Positions 60,582 to 64,000 of a stretch of 64,000 nt of DNA are shown piece after piece. The notes beneath the pieces are model-generated. The model was not told where the DNA came from and made no database searches. It saw nothing but the letters and a program-made list of their open reading frames with translations. The translations under genes were made by a program, and so were the position numbers. Within the stretch, counting starts at the first letter, position 1. The number at the start of each line of letters is the position of its first letter. The stretch is from Candidatus Nomurabacteria bacterium (GTDB lineage: Bacteria; Patescibacteriota; Minisyncoccia; Phycocordibacterales; SBAW01), in contig CALQYT010000006.1 in NCBI GenBank assembly GCA_943348815.1, forward strand, positions 2,501 through 66,500, written 5' to 3'.

Positions 60582-61646
60582 ATGAAAGACATTACACGAA
60601 AATTCGATCATCGCATTAAAAATCCCGATCCGCACATCGTGGCTCTTTTGGCTGAGATTGATGGTATCCGGGGTGAGTTCAAGTCAGGTTTGCGAATGAC
60701 GCCACAGGCAATTACTAATCTCCGCAAGTCGACACTCATCACATCTGCCGGTGCCTCGACTCGTATTGAGGGCGCGAAACTTACCGACGAGGAAGTGGAG
60801 AAGATCATGCGCGGTCTTGCGGTCTCTAAATTTGCCGATCGTGATTCGCAGGAAGTGCAGGGCTATCTCGAAACGCTTCAGAATGTTTTCGATAGCTTCC
60901 AAACTCTGCCGCTTCGCGAGGGCATCATTACTTCGCTTCACAAACAGCTCCTCAAATACTCAACCAAAGATGACACGCATCGAGGCGGTTACAAAAAGAA
61001 AGAGAATACTGTCGGCGTACTTGGACCGGATGGCAAGGTCGCGCGGATCATGTTTGAGACGACAAAAGCGTTCCTTACTCCCAAGGAAATGCAGGAGCTC
61101 GTGGACTGGACTGCTGATGCGTTTGAGAAGAGCCGTTTCCACCCTCTCCTTATCATCGCGAACTTCATTATTGAATTTTTGAAAATCCACCCATTCGAGG
61201 ACGGCAATGGGCGTCTTTCGCGTGTCCTTACAAATCTCTTGCTTCTGCGATCCGGCTACCAGTTCGTACAGTATGTCTCTCACGAGCAGATTGTTGAACG
61301 CCGCAAGGACGAATACTATCTTGCGCTCCGCAAGTCGCAGGAGACGTTCAAGACTGATCACGATACTATTGCGCCATGGCTCAATTTCTTCCTTTCAGTC
61401 ATCAAGGAGCAAGCCACAAAAGCACTCTCGTACCTGGAAGAAGAAAAAGTCGAGGACAATCTCTCTCCAAAGCAATACGAGGTCTGGAAGCATGTCTCAA
61501 GTGTCGGCGAGGCCGCACCGGGCGAGATCGTCAAAGCAACCGGTATAGCACTGGGCACAGTTCGCCAGGCACTTAACAGTTTGGTTGATCTGGGCAAGGT
61601 CAAGCGCGTTGGGCGTGGCCGGGGTACACGGTATGTAAAAATATAA
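60582..61646 (+). CDS. Fic family protein with N-terminal inhibitory motif and C-terminal wHTH
   Basis: Fic motif HPFEDGNGRLSR, inhibitory (S/T)xxxE(G/N) = STRIEG and a C-terminal wHTH (GTVRQALNSLVDLGKVKRVGRGRGTRY). Confidence 0.85.
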   Translation: MKDITRKFDHRIKNPDPHIVALLAEIDGIRGEFKSGLRMTPQAITNLRKSTLITSAGASTRIEGAKLTDEEVEKIMRGLAVSKFADRDSQEVQGYLETLQNVFDSFQTLPLREGIITSLHKQLLKYSTKDDTHRGGYKKKENTVGVLGPDGKVARIMFETTKAFLTPKEMQELVDWTADAFEKSRFHPLLIIANFIIEFLKIHPFEDGNGRLSRVLTNLLLLRSGYQFVQYVSHEQIVERRKDEYYLALRKSQETFKTDHDTIAPWLNFFLSVIKEQATKALSYLEEEKVEDNLSPKQYEVWKHVSSVGEAAPGEIVKATGIALGTVRQALNSLVDLGKVKRVGRGRGTRYVKI

Positions 61647-61666
61647 ACTTAAATTGGAAATCGCCT

Positions 61667-62170
61667 ATGAACACACAAAATCATAAACACGAAGAAGCAA
61701 AACGATACCTCAAAAAGTTTGAGATCGTTGAGACCGAAGTTGAGTTGCCGATTCAGGGTCAGGTGAAAGATCCGGAAGACCTTTACCAGTTCCTCAAGGA
61801 TTTGGAGAACGAGAGTGTACCCAAGACTATCGGGATTTATCTCGATGATAAAAACTTGTTTCTTGGGCATCAGATCTTTTTAGGTTCCTCTCCCAAGAAC
61901 TTCAATACCCAGATGCTCTGGCATTACTTCTCTTTATTTCTTGCTCAAAAGTTTATCCTCCTAATTAATCATCCGGGCTCTGCTGATCCGACGCCGGATG
62001 AGATCGACAAAAAACTCATGCGAGCTCTACAGGCCGACTCGCAGGTTTTGTCGTTCAAACCATTTTTTGCAGACTTCATTATCGTGGCTAAAAAATCTTA
62101 CTTCAGCATGGCGACCAACGACGGTACAACGGCTCATTCTGGCCATCAGGAACATATTACGAAATTTTAA
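61667..62170 (+). CDS. RadC-like JAB/MPN domain protein
   Basis: LINHPGSADPTPDEID..DFIIV resembles the RadC HNHPSG..PS..D motif. 21-bp gap after the Fic gene. Confidence 0.55.
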   Translation: MNTQNHKHEEAKRYLKKFEIVETEVELPIQGQVKDPEDLYQFLKDLENESVPKTIGIYLDDKNLFLGHQIFLGSSPKNFNTQMLWHYFSLFLAQKFILLINHPGSADPTPDEIDKKLMRALQADSQVLSFKPFFADFIIVAKKSYFSMATNDGTTAHSGHQEHITKF

Positions 62171-62173
62171 TTT

Positions 62174-63880
62174 ATGAAATACGTCAAATTTACCCTCAAA
62201 GATTATAAAGCGATCGCCGGTGAGCTGGAGATAGATATTAAAAAATCCTTGCTCCCCATTATTGGCATCAACGAAAGCGGCAAGACCAGTATCTTGTGGG
62301 GTATTTTCGCTTTCGATGAAGCTAATGATTCACTCAACGATGGTCGGCACATGAAAAATGTCGGCAACCTTTATAAAACAAGTAATCGCGGGGAGCCGTC
62401 GATCATAGCTGATATTGAGGCAACTAAAGAAGAATTGATTGATTTTTTAGACAGTATTGATAGTAGTGCAGAAACACCGGCCGAAGCAAAGGCAGAAATA
62501 AAGAAATACAAACGAGCTCTTTCCTCATGGGCTGACGTGATCCGGATTAAACGAAACTTGATAAGCAAAACATACAGTATCGAGAATCCGGGGTTAAAAC
62601 CATTCTCACATCTCAATCCGCTCATGATCGAGGAGTGTCTCGGCAGTACGCCTTATATTCTCTACTTCGATGATTTCCGGGACACCATTCACGAGGAGAT
62701 CCTGATCGAGGGTGAGGCTGGCTCCCCTAAGGGATGGCTTGCGATTATCGAGCAGTTGTTCAAAAAGACCAATCCCAGCTATTCAGTCTACAAACTTCAA
62801 GGGACCGAGGAGCTTCAAAGAAAAAGCATCATGGCTGACGTGTGTAAGACCCTTAACAACACGTTGGCCAAAGAGTGGGAGAAGTTCACCCTTGAGGAGG
62901 GATCACGACTGGACGTTGATATTCAGTATGTCGCCACAGAAAACAAACTCAACCTTTTCATAAAAGAAAACATCGATGGCAATGATCGCTACTTTGGTAT
63001 TCAGGATCGAAGCAAAGGTTTTTATTGGTTCTTTAATTTCGTGATGAAGCTCGAGTTTAATCCGAAAGTCCGAAGCATGGATGACAAAGATACTATCTAC
63101 TTACTGGATGAGCCGGGTTCTTATCTCTATTCCAGCGCACAAGCAAAGCTCTGTGAAAAGTTAGCCTTGTTGTCTCAAAATAATGTGGTCATTTATTGCA
63201 CTCATTCACATTACTTGCTTGATCCGGATAAGATACCTTTGAGCTATATCAAGATTGCTCAAAAGGGTGGTGATGGGAGCGTTAAGCTCGTCTCGCTTCC
63301 GGAGTACAAAGACGATAAAAAAGAAAAACGACTTGCGATCCAGCCGATTATCGATGCACTAAAAATCAAACCATTTATTACAGACTTTAATTTCGAGTAT
63401 CTCTGTATCGTCGAGGGTATTTACGATTACTATGTTTTTGAGATGTTTCAGGGCGAAAATCACAACCTTAAATTTTTGCCGGCCGTGAATGCGGATAGCT
63501 TGAAGTATTTCATCTCTATTGCAATTGGGTGGCGCGTTCAGTACGTGGCCATGTGGGACAATGACGCCGAGGGCAAAAAGGAGTTCACAAAAGCGCAGGG
63601 ATTTTTCGGGGAGCGGGAAGCAAAAAAGTTTCTGCTCTTGCCATCGGAGAATCCACGCAAAAAAAACTTTATTCTGCAGGACTTATTTGTCGGTGGCGAC
63701 CTGAAGATGATTAAGCAAGAGCTTAGCCTTCCTGCGAATGCCGCTTTTGAGAAAACAATCCTAATGCTGTATTTCAGCGATAAGCGCAAGGAAATAGTTG
63801 GCAAAATTTCCAACGACACCAAAAAGGCGGTTAAGCACGTGTACACGAAAATTAACGAGCTATATCAGAGTTCTCAATAA
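62174..63880 (+). CDS. OLD-family ATPase-Toprim nuclease (ABC-type ATPase N-terminus, Toprim C-terminus)
   Basis: Walker A IIGINESGKTS, Walker B-like IYLLDEPGSYL and Toprim CIVEG..MWDNDAEG. 4-bp gap after the upstream gene. Confidence 0.6.
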   Translation: MKYVKFTLKDYKAIAGELEIDIKKSLLPIIGINESGKTSILWGIFAFDEANDSLNDGRHMKNVGNLYKTSNRGEPSIIADIEATKEELIDFLDSIDSSAETPAEAKAEIKKYKRALSSWADVIRIKRNLISKTYSIENPGLKPFSHLNPLMIEECLGSTPYILYFDDFRDTIHEEILIEGEAGSPKGWLAIIEQLFKKTNPSYSVYKLQGTEELQRKSIMADVCKTLNNTLAKEWEKFTLEEGSRLDVDIQYVATENKLNLFIKENIDGNDRYFGIQDRSKGFYWFFNFVMKLEFNPKVRSMDDKDTIYLLDEPGSYLYSSAQAKLCEKLALLSQNNVVIYCTHSHYLLDPDKIPLSYIKIAQKGGDGSVKLVSLPEYKDDKKEKRLAIQPIIDALKIKPFITDFNFEYLCIVEGIYDYYVFEMFQGENHNLKFLPAVNADSLKYFISIAIGWRVQYVAMWDNDAEGKKEFTKAQGFFGEREAKKFLLLPSENPRKKNFILQDLFVGGDLKMIKQELSLPANAAFEKTILMLYFSDKRKEIVGKISNDTKKAVKHVYTKINELYQSSQ

Positions 63881-63901
63881 TGCTAAAATTGTAATTCAAA
63901 T

Positions 63902-64000
63902 ATGTTCCCGACAAATATCCAAAAATTAATAAAAACGCCGATGATCCTGCTTACCATAGGAGCATTGGTTTTTGGATTTATCTGTCTGGGAACTTTTACC
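63902..64000 (+). CDS. Partial ORF (hydrophobic N-terminus) running off the window end
   Basis: MFPTNIQKLIKTPMILLTIGALVFGFICLGTFT... with no stop in the window. Confidence 0.25.
   Translation, partial: MFPTNIQKLIKTPMILLTIGALVFGFICLGTFT

Overview
This 64-kb window appears to come from a compact bacterial chromosome with about 50-55% GC. Type IV pilus genes, an asparaginase, short housekeeping genes and tRNA genes without an encoded CCA (4 of 5) give it a Patescibacteria/CPR-like flavour, but this cannot be proven from the sequence. The main parts are:

(1) 1-7.1 kb. This block contains a partial large serine recombinase that runs off the left edge, a wHTH protein, SpoVG, an XRE/CI-like repressor with palindromic operators, a 605-bp element with perfect 145-bp inverted repeats, a GC-rich two-gene module and 33-bp direct repeats. 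It looks like an integrated element or island.

(2) 7.3-20.8 kb. Housekeeping genes on the minus strand (pyrG, ftsX, asparaginase, ftsE, a short prfB without frameshift, gatC/gatA, ligA), interrupted by a cluster of five minus-strand tRNAs (Thr, Thr, Asp, Met, fMet).

(3) 20.7-35.5 kb. A complete type IV pilus locus: about seven pilins, pilD, pilC, pilT, pilB, pilO/N-like genes and pilM, plus a divergent comF-like gene.

(4) 36.4-39.3 kb. A hybrid sensor kinase, and a SET-domain protein whose C-terminus resembles a Fic N-terminal inhibitory-helix segment. The SET gene is flanked by two diverged copies of a small ORF.

(5) 39.3-60.2 kb. A minus-strand prophage late region with podovirus-like gene order: ParB-like nuclease, Dam methylase, small and large terminase, portal, scaffold, major capsid, beta-helix tailspike, a 14-aa-repeat fibre, a propeller-like tail protein, a LysM protein, a 938-aa virion protein and a holin-amidase-holin lysis cassette. 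No integrase or replication genes are visible in the window.

(6) 60.6-63.9 kb. An AT-rich plus-strand operon encoding a Fic protein, a RadC-like JAB protein and an OLD-family ATPase-Toprim nuclease, preceded by a repeat-rich control region. This is the strongest candidate for an uncharacterised defence/abortive-infection module.
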